From Eubacteriales bacterium (GTDB lineage Bacteria; Bacillota; Clostridia; Oscillospirales; CAG-272): a DNA stretch of 61,228 bases. The position numbers were made by a program, and so were the translations under genes. The DNA is taken from contig JBMNUI010000003.1 in the NCBI GenBank assembly GCA_050946195.1, positions 1 through 61,228 of the forward strand, given 5' to 3'. Positions 17,435-27,052 of the stretch are shown piece after piece. The notes under the pieces were generated by a model. It was not told the origin of the DNA. It did not search any database and worked only from the letters and a program-made list of their open reading frames with translations. Positions within the stretch are counted from its first letter, which is position 1; each line of letters opens with the position of its first letter.

Positions 17435-18718
17435 TCAGCAGAGGCGGAGCGCACCCTCCCGGCGTATGTAGAGCACCGAGCATGCCCCGCGGCCGAACAC
17501 CCCGTCCATGAGCTGCCTGAACCCTTCGACATCGTCTGACTGGACATATGCCTGTATCGAGCCGGCAAAGCCCCCGCCGTGAACCCGCCATGCAGCGGTC
17601 TTTCCGGCAAGGTATTTCTCGGCAAGGCAGAGGGCCAATGACAGCCCCTGCTCCCTGACGTTTTTGGGGGAGTATACATTCTGAAGGTAGCAGAAGGACG
17701 AGCGCCCCGAGGCAACGACGCCGGCAAAATACCGGCCGAGGTCACCCTCGCGCAGTGCCTGTTTCTGCTCGGCAACCCGCTTGTTTTCCTCCATGAAGTG
17801 CAGCGCCCGCAGGACAGCGCGGTCGCCGTATTTTACTCTGAGCTCGGTCATTGCCGCCATGAGCTCTCTTTCGTCGACCTCGCGCAGGTAGGTCCGCCCG
17901 AAGTGAGTTGCCACCGCCTTCATTTCGCCGGGGATTGCAGCATATTCGTCGGTGAGCCCGGCATGGCTGCCCCGGGTGTCGACAATACAGAGGTTATAGC
18001 CCCTTAAGGTCAGGTCGAAGTCCAGCTGCTCAATTAGGGGATTTGCGGGGCTGGCAAAGTCAATTGCCACAATGCCCCCGACGGCGCAGGCTATCTGGTC
18101 CATGAGCCCGCAGGGCTTGCCGAAGAATTCGTTTTCAGCATACTGCGCGATTTTTGCGATTTCGACATTGTCGACTTTTCCGCTATTGTAGAGGTGGCTT
18201 AAAATTGTCCCGACCATCACCTCAAAAGCGGCAGAAGAAGAGAGTCCCGCCCCTTTGGGGATTGTTGAGGTGGTGTATGCGTCAAACCCGCCGACAGCAT
18301 ACCCCGATTTTGAAAACCCGGCGCACATGCCTGCGATGAGCGAGTCGGAGTTGCCGAATTTCGCCGGGTCAGGCATGGTGTATCCGTCTATATCGACGCT
18401 GTTTTGCGGAAGTCCCTCGCTTTTGAGCCTTATCTGCCGGTCGGGCCGGGGAGAGGCTATGGCTATTATGTCGAGGTCGACAGACGAGGCGATGACGCAG
18501 CCGCGGTTGTGGTCGGTGTGGTTGCCCGACAGCTCGCTGCGCCCCGGGACCGAAAAGAGCATTACCTCCCGCTCCGAGCCGAACATGCCGAGGAAATTTT
18601 CTGCCGCGTCAAGATAGCGTCTGCGCACATCAAGAATATTCGCTCCGGGGTAAAGGGAGGTAAATTTATCGTCAAGTCCTCCGGTCTCGATTGTTTCTAT
18701 CAGACGGTTGATGTTCAT
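17435..18718 (-). CDS. GHMP-family sugar kinase (galactokinase family)
   Basis: Galactokinase-like motif PGRSELSGNHTDHNRG and GHMP ATP motif PKGAGLSSSAAFEV. Confidence 0.8.
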   Translation of the reverse strand: MNINRLIETIETGGLDDKFTSLYPGANILDVRRRYLDAAENFLGMFGSEREVMLFSVPGRSELSGNHTDHNRGCVIASSVDLDIIAIASPRPDRQIRLKSEGLPQNSVDIDGYTMPDPAKFGNSDSLIAGMCAGFSKSGYAVGGFDAYTTSTIPKGAGLSSSAAFEVMVGTILSHLYNSGKVDNVEIAKIAQYAENEFFGKPCGLMDQIACAVGGIVAIDFASPANPLIEQLDFDLTLRGYNLCIVDTRGSHAGLTDEYAAIPGEMKAVATHFGRTYLREVDERELMAAMTELRVKYGDRAVLRALHFMEENKRVAEQKQALREGDLGRYFAGVVASGRSSFCYLQNVYSPKNVREQGLSLALCLAEKYLAGKTAAWRVHGGGFAGSIQAYVQSDDVEGFRQLMDGVFGRGACSVLYIRREGALRLC

Positions 18719-18980
18719 TGCGCCTCCGGAAAATAGAAAAACTTAAGTTGCCGTGCAACTCAAATACTGCCAGTGCCTAAATTATAGCATAAAAAATCAC
18801 GCCCTGCAATACGGTTTGTCGAGAAATACTTGAAATGAGGCATCCTGTATGATAGAATAAATCCGAAAAGTTCAGAGCCTGCTATGGGCGGTCGCAGCTG
18901 ACGCAGACAAAAAGCCGGTTATGACATGACAACCGGGGCATATGTCTTTAGCATAAAACAGTCGCCTTCGTCCGGCGGGG

Positions 18981-19433
18981 GTGACGGTACCGGAGGTCGT
19001 TTTGAAAAACTGCAAGAGATTCACCGAGGGGTTAGGGTATTTTGTTTGCTTTCTCATATTGCTTTTTATTTTATATTCATACTTTACGTTCGGAGACCCT
19101 GTTGTCGATGAGGAGACCGGCGAGGTTCAGACCGTTCTTACCAGTGTGAGGGGCTTTCGCGAGTACCTGGTGCTTTTCGGGATTTTTCTGGTCAGCTCGG
19201 TTTTCTGCTCGGCGACAGACCGGCTGCCCTTTGTCGGCATTGTCGTCTCGGCGGTCCCGGTTTACTATGTTGTGAGGCTTTATTATGACAAAAAGCTTGT
19301 GTACATGCCTATGATAATCATGCTGCTCGCACTCTTTTTCTTTGCGGGGGAGATTATTGCAACTATTCAATGGGCATCTGAAAAACTAAAAGCAACCCGC
19401 GGTAATTCTCGCATAAGTCAATCTAAAGACTAA
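18981..19433 (+). CDS. Hypothetical membrane protein
   Basis: 150-aa ORF with 4 hydrophobic segments. Start uncertain. Confidence 0.5.
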   Translation: MTVPEVVLKNCKRFTEGLGYFVCFLILLFILYSYFTFGDPVVDEETGEVQTVLTSVRGFREYLVLFGIFLVSSVFCSATDRLPFVGIVVSAVPVYYVVRLYYDKKLVYMPMIIMLLALFFFAGEIIATIQWASEKLKATRGNSRISQSKD

Positions 19434-19482
19434 TGGCAAAAGGCCCGCATACGGAGTCCGCGCTAATTTGTTTGCGATTTAG

Positions 19483-19557
19483 GTTTGAAGTTTTTGAGGA
19501 TTCTCAAGACCCTGTTTTCAAAAAGGGTCCTGAGCGGGATTTGGAGGCGGAGCCCCC
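19483..19557 (+). repeat. Intergenic repeat family, copy D
   Basis: GTTTGAAGTTTTTGAGGATTCTCAAGACCC-TGTTTTCAAAAA-GGGTCCTGAGCGGGATTTGGAGGCGGAGCCCCC. Confidence 0.75.
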
Positions 19558-19569
19558 ACACAAATCCCG

Positions 19570-19613
19570 AAAATAAAAACATAACGGCAGGCCGCGCTGC
19601 GCGGCCCGCCGTT
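19570..19613 (-). terminator. Rho-independent terminator of abrB
   Basis: Minus strand reads AACGGCGGGCCGCG-CA-GCGCGGCCTGCCGTT followed by ATGTTTTTATTTT. Confidence 0.75.
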
Positions 19614-19641
19614 ATATTTTGGGAATTGCCGAAATAGAATA

Positions 19642-19887
19642 TTAGAGCATAGTCTTCAGCTTTTCGAGGCACTCGGTGCAAATGCGCTTGCCGTTGAAGA
19701 ATATGACCTGATCGGCATTTCCACAGAAGATACACGCAGGCAGATATTTCGACAGAATAATTCTGTCACCGTCGGTGAATATTTCTACCGAATCCTTCGG
19801 ATTGATGTCGAAGGTTGTGCGTATTTCCTTCGGCAGAACTATCCGCCCCAGTTCATCCACCGGACGTACCATTCCTGTAGATTTCAT
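19642..19887 (-). CDS. abrB: AbrB-family transition-state regulator (SpoVT-AbrB domain plus C-terminal CxxC...CxxC)
   Basis: MKSTGMVRPVDELGRIVLPKEIR matches the AbrB N-terminal domain. C-terminal CIFCGN...CTEC. RBS AAAGGAG. Confidence 0.9.
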   Translation of the reverse strand: MKSTGMVRPVDELGRIVLPKEIRTTFDINPKDSVEIFTDGDRIILSKYLPACIFCGNADQVIFFNGKRICTECLEKLKTML

Positions 19888-20089
19888 TGGCTTTTACAAC
19901 TCCTTTCATAGAGCACAATAATCCCCTACGGGACAGCTCCGTGGTATTTATGCCATTATTATACACCATCTTTTAAGGTTTGTCAATACCATATAATGGT
20001 TATTTTTGTTGGTTTGTGACTTATTTTTTTAAGAAATGTCACAATACCGTAGATTATGTCGAATACTGTTATATCGGGAGGATAAAAAA

Positions 20090-20812
20090 ATGCTCGGCAG
20101 GGTGTTTGGCATCATCTGTCTGCTATCACTTATTTTTGCCATAGCGACAGGGAACACGGCCGACCTGTCCAACGCGGTGCTCGACGGCGCGGCACAGGCG
20201 GTGGAGCTTGTACTGACCCTTGGCGGAATCATGTGCCTGTGGTGCGGGATTATGCAGGTGCTCGAGGATGCCGGGCTTATAAGGCGCCTTTCGGCACTCA
20301 TGTCCCCGTTTTTGCGGGTCTTTTTCCCGACCGCTTACAGGACCCGGCAGGGGGCTGAGGAAATCGCCGCCAACATCAGCGCAAACCTGCTGGGGCTGGG
20401 TAACGCCGCCACCCCGCTCGGCATACGCGCGATGCAGAAGATGCAGGCAGTAAATCCCGACCCGACCTCTGCCTCGGACGACATGATAACGCTCGCCGTC
20501 CTCAATACCGCGTCGGTATCAATTCTCCCCTCGACGGTAATTGCCCTGCGGCGCGCGGCCGGCTCGGCGCAGCCATATATGATTGTGGTCCCGGTCTGGA
20601 TTTGCTCGGCCTGCTGTGCCGTCTTTGCTCTCCTGCTCTCAAGGGCGGTTGCGGCGGCGGGAAGGCGGCCGGCGGTGCGCCGGTCGGCAGGCGGCAAACC
20701 CAAAGCTGCCGGTAATGTGGTTTCCGGGGCGACGGCAGCCGTAGCGGGTAAAGCTGCCGGGGGTGTAACCTCGGGGGCAGGGGCAGCTTCACCGGGGAGA
20801 CGGGGAGGTTAG
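20090..20812 (+). CDS. spmA: Spore maturation protein A (nucleoside-recognition/Gate domain)
   Basis: ORF 20036..20812. Start at the ATG at 20090 after GGGAGGA. The SpmA-like core is followed by a ~50-aa Ala/Gly/Arg-rich tail. Confidence 0.85.
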   Translation: MLGRVFGIICLLSLIFAIATGNTADLSNAVLDGAAQAVELVLTLGGIMCLWCGIMQVLEDAGLIRRLSALMSPFLRVFFPTAYRTRQGAEEIAANISANLLGLGNAATPLGIRAMQKMQAVNPDPTSASDDMITLAVLNTASVSILPSTVIALRRAAGSAQPYMIVVPVWICSACCAVFALLLSRAVAAAGRRPAVRRSAGGKPKAAGNVVSGATAAVAGKAAGGVTSGAGAASPGRRGG

Positions 20813-20814
20813 TT

Positions 20815-21345
20815 GTGGCCGGGCTTTTCTCCTCGCTCATAATTCCGGTCATAGTGTGTGCTGCCGGGCTTATAATGATTGCAGGCGGCAGCCGGTTTTT
20901 CGACAGCTTCATCAAGGGCGCAAAAACAGGACTCAATACCGCCGTGGGGCTGCTTCCAACGCTTGTCGCGCTGGTTTGCGCGGTCAGTATGCTCAATGCC
21001 TCGGGGGCGGTCGACTTTGTCTGCGAAAAAATCGCGCCGGCCGCCGCAATTCTCGGGATACCCGAAGGGCTGCTCCCGCTACTGCTCACCCGCCCGGTTT
21101 CGGGAAGCGCTTCGACCGCGGTTTTTTCGGCGCTGCTTGAAAAATACGGCGCCGACAGCTTTGAAGCCTTCTGCGCCTCGGTGATGATGGGCAGCACCGA
21201 TACCCTGATTTATGTCATTACCGTTTACTTTTCGGCCGCCGGGGTCAGGCGGAGCAGGCATGCCTTTCCGGTAGCCGTCGCGGTCATGATTTTCGGCATA
21301 TTCCTCTCGTGCCTTGTCTGCCGTTTGTTTTTCCCCCGTGTTTAG
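20815..21345 (+). CDS. spmB: Spore maturation protein B
   Basis: GTG start 2 nt after the spmA stop. Hydrophobic Gate-domain protein in the canonical spmA-spmB pair. Confidence 0.85.
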   Translation: MAGLFSSLIIPVIVCAAGLIMIAGGSRFFDSFIKGAKTGLNTAVGLLPTLVALVCAVSMLNASGAVDFVCEKIAPAAAILGIPEGLLPLLLTRPVSGSASTAVFSALLEKYGADSFEAFCASVMMGSTDTLIYVITVYFSAAGVRRSRHAFPVAVAVMIFGIFLSCLVCRLFFPRV

Positions 21346-21489
21346 AGCTTCCTTCCCCGGGAAATAATAGGAGTGTACATATCGTCTGTTCCCGGCAAAA
21401 GGCTCGGCAGCCTTTCGGGAAGTATTTATAAGTTTTGAGCATCCTGGCGCAATTCGGGATGCCGGAGCATTTTGGAAGGAGGAAAAACA

Positions 21490-21780
21490 ATGGCAATCAA
21501 GGGCTGTTCAAGGCAGATGATCGTGCTCAACGGAACCGGAAGCAGCATGTTTGAAACCGCATATTTTATTGTCAAACCCGACGCCGACATAAGGCCGCAC
21601 ACGCACGGCGACCTGCTTCGCGAAGCCAACCGGATAGTTGAGGAAAACAGCTTTTCGTATTGCGACAGAAGGCGGAAAACTCCGGGCCGGGCTGTGCGGG
21701 TATGGCTCTTTGTTGCCGGACTGCTCAGCGGGTCGCTTGTCACCGGGCTGGCATGGTTATTGTCGGCCATAATACGCTGA
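21490..21780 (+). CDS. Hypothetical protein with C-terminal TM helix
   Basis: ORF 21472..21780. ATG at 21490 preceded by GGAAGGAGGA. No domain recognised. Confidence 0.55.
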   Translation: MAIKGCSRQMIVLNGTGSSMFETAYFIVKPDADIRPHTHGDLLREANRIVEENSFSYCDRRRKTPGRAVRVWLFVAGLLSGSLVTGLAWLLSAIIR

Positions 21781-21836
21781 TACTTGCCGCTGCAGGTATG
21801 AGGCCTGCCCGGGAAACCTGTGCCCGAAAAAATGAG

Positions 21837-21865
21837 TTGACAAGATTTACAATGTGATGTATAAT
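21837..21865 (+). promoter_or_regulatory. Sigma-A promoter of the RNase J gene
   Basis: TTGACA, a 17-nt spacer, then TATAAT. Leaves a ~140-nt leader with nested stems (AGCCTC...CCGCGG...CCGCGG...GAGGCT). Confidence 0.75.
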
Positions 21866-22009
21866 AAATCAGTTTATGTGGCCGCTTTTTGCTTTAGCCT
21901 CACAAACTCCGCGGGTGGTCGTTGCCGCGGGGGAAGGAGAGGCTGTGTTTGTATGTCTTGCTGAAAAAACAGCTTAACAGACGGGAACATTAAATACGAA
22001 AGGATAATT

Positions 22010-23752
22010 ATGGATAAAAACGAAAACGGAAAATTACTGCGTGCGACAAGGGTCAGAAAGCCCGGGCGACCGGGCAGGGGAGCACGGGAAACCTCAAAGC
22101 TGCGGGTAATCCCGCTCGGCGGGGTTAATGAAATCGGGAAAAACATGACGATGCTCGAGTACGGCAACGACATTATAGTTATCGACTGCGGGCTCAGCTT
22201 TCCCGACGAGGACATGCTTGGAATTGACCTTGTTATCCCCGACATAACCTATCTTGAGGAGCGGCGGGACAAGATACGAGGAATACTCCTCACGCACGGA
22301 CACGAGGACCACATCGGAGCCATGCCCTATGTGCTGCGCTCGATAAACCCGCCTGTCTACGGAACCAAGCTCACGCTCGGAATTCTGAAAAACAAGCTCA
22401 GGGAGTTCAAGCTGCCCTGGGAGCCGAATCTTATCTGTGTGAGCGCCGGGGATACAGTAAAGCTCGGCGTCTTTACGGTCGAGTTCATCCGGGTGAACCA
22501 CTCGATTGCCGACGCCTGCTGCCTCGCCATCACCACCCCGCGCGGCGTGGTCATACATTCGGGCGACTTCAAGCTCGATACCTCGCCCTATGACGGCGAG
22601 ATGATGGACCTCACGCGCCTGGGCGAGCTGGGGCGCAAGGGGGTACTGCTCCTGATGTGCGATTCGACCAACGCCGAGCGTCCGGGATATACCCCCTCCG
22701 AGAGCAAGGTGGGGAAATCGCTTGAATACATCTTTACGGTAAACAACGACAAGAGGATAATCATCGCCACCTTTTCCTCAAACGTTCACCGCGTCAAGCA
22801 GATTATCGACATCAGCGTGCGCCGCGGGCGAAAGGTGGCAATAACCGGGCGGAGCATGCTCAATATAGTCGGGGCTGCGACAGAGCTCGGCTATATGGAC
22901 ATTCCCCCCGGAGTGCTCATCGACATCAACGAAATCAAGCGCTACTCACCCGAGCAGCTTACGCTGATAACGACCGGAACCCAGGGCGAGCCGATGTCGG
23001 CGCTCTACCGCATGGCCTACTCCGACCACAACCAGGTCACGCTCGGCCCCGGGGATTTGGTGGTGCTCTCGTCGAGCGCAATCCCGGGGAACGAAAAGCT
23101 CATCGGCCGGGTGATAAACGAGCTTTGCCGCAACGGTGTGAAGGTGCTGCACGACAGCATATTTGAGGTCCATGTGTCGGGGCACGCATGCCAGGAGGAG
23201 CTCAAGCTTATTCAGGCGCTGGTGAAGCCGAAATACTTCATGCCGATTCACGGTGAGTACCGGCACCTTTATGCCAACCGCGAGCTCGCCCTCTCGCTGG
23301 GCATGGATGGCGCGAATATCTTCATACCCGAGTTGGGGCGGGTGCTTGAAATCGGCAGCCGGGGGGCGGCGCTGACCGAGACCGTGCAGGCAGGGAAAGT
23401 GCTGGTCGACGGCAACAGCGTGGGTGACATCGGAAACATCGTTCTGCGCGACCGCAGGCATCTGGCGCAGGACGGGCTTGTGGTGGTGGTGGCCTCTATT
23501 GACCCCGACGAGCGGATGCTGCTCTCCGGGCCGGATATCGTGTCCCGCGGGTTTGTGTATGTCCGCGAGTCGGACGAGCTCATGGAGCAGCTTCGGGAGG
23601 TTGCCGCAAATGCCCTTTTTGCCGGCATCAACACAAGGGGGAAAATCGACAATGTCTCTCTCAAGGGCAGGGTAAGGGACGATATATCGAAGTTCCTATA
23701 CGCCAAGACCAAGCGCCGGCCGATGGTTCTCCCGGTAATTATGTATATCTGA
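22010..23752 (+). CDS. rnj: Ribonuclease J
   Basis: Motifs GGVNEIGKNMTMLEY and LTHGHEDHIGAMPY (MBL), with beta-CASP architecture. 580 aa. Confidence 0.92.
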   Translation: MDKNENGKLLRATRVRKPGRPGRGARETSKLRVIPLGGVNEIGKNMTMLEYGNDIIVIDCGLSFPDEDMLGIDLVIPDITYLEERRDKIRGILLTHGHEDHIGAMPYVLRSINPPVYGTKLTLGILKNKLREFKLPWEPNLICVSAGDTVKLGVFTVEFIRVNHSIADACCLAITTPRGVVIHSGDFKLDTSPYDGEMMDLTRLGELGRKGVLLLMCDSTNAERPGYTPSESKVGKSLEYIFTVNNDKRIIIATFSSNVHRVKQIIDISVRRGRKVAITGRSMLNIVGAATELGYMDIPPGVLIDINEIKRYSPEQLTLITTGTQGEPMSALYRMAYSDHNQVTLGPGDLVVLSSSAIPGNEKLIGRVINELCRNGVKVLHDSIFEVHVSGHACQEELKLIQALVKPKYFMPIHGEYRHLYANRELALSLGMDGANIFIPELGRVLEIGSRGAALTETVQAGKVLVDGNSVGDIGNIVLRDRRHLAQDGLVVVVASIDPDERMLLSGPDIVSRGFVYVRESDELMEQLREVAANALFAGINTRGKIDNVSLKGRVRDDISKFLYAKTKRRPMVLPVIMYI

Positions 23753-23887
23753 GACTAAAACGAGAAAAGTTTGTATTAAGTTCATATTATGTTCATATAA
23801 CTATCAAGGTTACAGGATATAATATAGGCTACTGTTTTTGAATTGGGACATTCCCGCATCATATTACAGCTAAAGGAAGTCATTCAC

Positions 23888-25594
23888 ATGGGAAAAGGCA
23901 ACAGAGAAAAACTCAGAAAAACACAACAGCTGGCCGAGAGTTCGGCAAGCATGGGCTTATATGCCCCCAAAAAGCGGAAAAAGCAGACCCCCACATGGGT
24001 ATGGACGCTCACTGTCGTACTTATCCTCGCCCTTTTGGTTGTACTTGTAGTGCTCAGCGCCCTGTCCGACAGCGGGTATTTCCTCCGCTGGACGACCGTG
24101 GCGAGAAGTGAGAACTATTCGATAAATGGCACGACTCTGTCCTATTATTTCTATTCCAATTACAACATTTTCGGAAATTACGCGAAGTATCTCGGGCTTG
24201 ACACAAGTAAGTCGCTCAAACTTCAGGAGTATGATAAGGAAAAGAGTACCACATGGTTTGACTATTTCATGGATATGACACTTGAGCAGCTCAAGACTAT
24301 GTTGGTTTACTGCGAGGAGGCGCACGCGCGGGGGATTAAGCTTGACGACGAGGATTATAAGCTTATCGACGAGAACATCGAAACGCTGAAAACCAAGGCC
24401 GCCGAAGAGGGATACCCGGTTCATACCTTTACCGCCCTGATGTACGGCCCCGGTGTGAAAATCAAGGACATCCGCCGGGCGCTTGAGTTGTCTCAGCTTG
24501 CCGCCAAATGCGCCGAAATAATCGAAGAAGAGATTTCCGACGGGGTAACCGACGAGGATGTCGATGCCTATTATGAGGAGCATAAGACAGATTTCTGGAC
24601 CGCCGATTTCCTTTCATATACCTTTTCGGCATCAAAGGTAAGTGACGACCCCTCATACGATTTTGAGGCTGAAAAGGCCAAGGTGGGAAAATATGCAAAT
24701 GAACTTTTTGCCTGCACGACCGAGGAAGCCTTCAGGCGGTATGTCGCCGAGTATGAGGCCGACACATACTTTGATAATCTTTACGAAAAGAAGTCCGAGG
24801 AATACAGCGAAGACGTGCTCCCCGACGAGGCTGAACTTGCGACCCGCAAGGCGGCGGTGGTTGCCGATGCCGTCGAGAAGGCACTTGCCGGGGAAAGTGT
24901 CGAGCTGCCCGACAGCTCCGAGACACTTGATAAAATATTCAACTCGATTGAAACAGAGCTTGTAAGCTATCTGGACACAAAGCTTGAGAATCTTAAGAAA
25001 GAAAAGTATGCCTACAGCGACCCGACCGCCGAGGGTGCTTCCGACGAAGTAAAGTGGGTATGCGACAGCTCGAGGGCAACCGGCGACATGACCAAAATCG
25101 AGAAGAGCGACGACAACGGCTTTTCGGTCACGGTCAATTACATGCTCTCTCCCATGAGCCGCGACGAGCAGATAACCAGAAATGTCGGGCATATCCTCTT
25201 CAAGTATGACAACCACGATGACCCCGAGGCGGAAGCCGAGCGCGTGCTTGATCTGTACAAGAGCGGCGAGATGACAAAAGAGGCCTTCGAAGCGCTTGCC
25301 GACGAGTACAACGAGGACTCAAACAACTTCTACACCGACGTCGTCCGCGGGCAGATGGTCGAGGAATTCGAAGAGTGGCTCTTTGACGAATCACGGAAGG
25401 TCGGGGATGTGGGCATCGTCGAGACCGAATACGGCTATCATATCATGTATTATGACGGCGAGGGCAAGCCGGCGTGGTATGTAAGCGTCAAGAACGAGAT
25501 AATCACCGAGAGAACCGAGAGCTGGGTGGCCGAAAAGACCGAGCAGTACGGTGTCGACATCAACGAAAATGCCGCAAACAAGATAAAGGCGTAA
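23888..25594 (+). CDS. Membrane-anchored parvulin-type peptidyl-prolyl isomerase (PrsA/SurA-like)
   Basis: ORF 23843..25594. ATG at 23888 after AAGGAAG. N-terminal TM anchor. C-terminal rotamase-like region VGHILF...VRGQMVEEFEEWLF...GYHIMYY. Confidence 0.8.
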   Translation: MGKGNREKLRKTQQLAESSASMGLYAPKKRKKQTPTWVWTLTVVLILALLVVLVVLSALSDSGYFLRWTTVARSENYSINGTTLSYYFYSNYNIFGNYAKYLGLDTSKSLKLQEYDKEKSTTWFDYFMDMTLEQLKTMLVYCEEAHARGIKLDDEDYKLIDENIETLKTKAAEEGYPVHTFTALMYGPGVKIKDIRRALELSQLAAKCAEIIEEEISDGVTDEDVDAYYEEHKTDFWTADFLSYTFSASKVSDDPSYDFEAEKAKVGKYANELFACTTEEAFRRYVAEYEADTYFDNLYEKKSEEYSEDVLPDEAELATRKAAVVADAVEKALAGESVELPDSSETLDKIFNSIETELVSYLDTKLENLKKEKYAYSDPTAEGASDEVKWVCDSSRATGDMTKIEKSDDNGFSVTVNYMLSPMSRDEQITRNVGHILFKYDNHDDPEAEAERVLDLYKSGEMTKEAFEALADEYNEDSNNFYTDVVRGQMVEEFEEWLFDESRKVGDVGIVETEYGYHIMYYDGEGKPAWYVSVKNEIITERTESWVAEKTEQYGVDINENAANKIKA

Positions 25595-25697
25595 ATAAAG
25601 CGGGCGTATCCACGCCCGCTTGTATCTCCAAAGTAAAGGTCAGATCCGGCCCTGTAGAACATGAGGCAGCCAAAAAAAACAAGGAAGGCTTTTGGTC

Positions 25698-26762
25698 ATG
25701 AAAACTTACGCAAGATTATTGTGTGTCCTGCTTGCGCTGTGCTGTATCTTTGTCCTTGCTTCCTGCAAGGGCGGCGGCAAGGGGGATAATGACACAGATA
25801 AGACAGAAGACACCGGGGACATGACGGAGTTAAAGTTCAAGGCTTCGGAGGGACTGCTTGTCTATTACATCTATAAGGCGGCCTATGAGTTTACCGAGGA
25901 GGATTTGATCGAACATAATTTCGACATCGAAAAATCGCTCAAAGACCAGATGTACGACGACCAGCACACCTGGTACGACATACTTGTCATGCGGGCGACA
26001 GATACACTGGCCTCGCTTCTTGTATGGTGCAACGCCGCCGTGGCCGACGGGGTTGAGCTCGACGCGGCAGACCTTCAGTCAATCGAGAACGCGCTTATCC
26101 AGCATCGGATAATCGCCGCGGCTGAGGGACGTACGCTCGACGATTATCTGGCCAAAGAAATTAATCCGTACATCACCGAGGCGGTGCTGCAGGCTGCATA
26201 CGAACTCGAACACCTCTCGCAGAAGTATTCCGGAATACTCGAGGAAAGGTTCGCCGGCTCGATTACCGACGAGATGATTCAGGAGCAGATAACACAAAAT
26301 AGCAGCACAGACACCACGCCGACCAAGAATATCTGTGTTATTGTGCTGTCCTCCGAAGTATATGACTCTCCTGAGGATGCAGCGGCTGAGGCCGAGAACA
26401 TATTGAACCGGCTCAGAGCCGAGGAGCAGATGACATATGAGGTTTTTGAAAAGTATGCCGCTGAATATTCCCACGGCAAAGAGATTTATTTTGAGAATGT
26501 GGCAAAGGGTGATATGCGCTCCGAGATAGACGGCTGGCTTTACGGCGCCGAGGCACGCCAAGTAGGAGACATGGCCGTGATTTCCTCGGACTATGGCGCA
26601 TACATTGTCTATTACGAGTCTGACGGCGACCCGGTTAACGTGGTAAATGCAAAGACTGCCCTTGTCGACAAAATGTTCGAAGACTGGTTCAATCAGATGA
26701 AGGAGAAGTACGGCACCCTTGTTTCCGAGGAGCTTATTGAAGGGCTTGAGCTTGATTTTTGA
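25698..26762 (+). CDS. Lipoprotein paralog of the upstream PPIase, with a degenerate parvulin-like C-terminus
   Basis: Lipobox LASC. Shares TW(F/Y)D...L..L(L/V).(Y/W)C blocks with the upstream gene. C-terminus is ICVIVL...GDMRSEIDGWLY...GAYIVYY. Confidence 0.7.
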   Translation: MKTYARLLCVLLALCCIFVLASCKGGGKGDNDTDKTEDTGDMTELKFKASEGLLVYYIYKAAYEFTEEDLIEHNFDIEKSLKDQMYDDQHTWYDILVMRATDTLASLLVWCNAAVADGVELDAADLQSIENALIQHRIIAAAEGRTLDDYLAKEINPYITEAVLQAAYELEHLSQKYSGILEERFAGSITDEMIQEQITQNSSTDTTPTKNICVIVLSSEVYDSPEDAAAEAENILNRLRAEEQMTYEVFEKYAAEYSHGKEIYFENVAKGDMRSEIDGWLYGAEARQVGDMAVISSDYGAYIVYYESDGDPVNVVNAKTALVDKMFEDWFNQMKEKYGTLVSEELIEGLELDF

Positions 26763-27052
26763 CCCGGTTTAACAGACAGGTCTGCGGACAAGCCTGGCAT
26801 ACATCAGAACGGCAATTACAGGCAATAATAATGGTGTTCTATCCGCAAAATGCTATCTGCCCGGCCGGACTTATTGCATTAGGCACCCGTAAGTCATATA
26901 ATGGTAGCAGGCAGCCGGCCGTCGGCGCAGCCGAACAAGCCGAATTGAAGGGTGAAACTTTCATGCTCTGATTATCATTTTCCCGGTATGAATCCGACCG
27001 GGAATACCGCGGGTGCCAGCCCGGGGTATTGAGAAAGGGATGGATACAACAT

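Noticed and set aside
20502-21197. Long antisense or alternative-frame ORFs inside GC-rich genes (for example 20502..21197, 30057..30968, 27976..28455, 5332..6060, 6119..6745, 29054..29776, 33662..34411, 35650..36288, 50336..50968, 51997..52683).
   Set aside because: They overlap strongly supported genes (spmAB, hemW, lepA, acyl-CoA ligase and others). Their products are Arg/Ala/Pro/Gly-rich shadow-type sequences with no motifs and no RBS. These are typical high-G+C artefacts.
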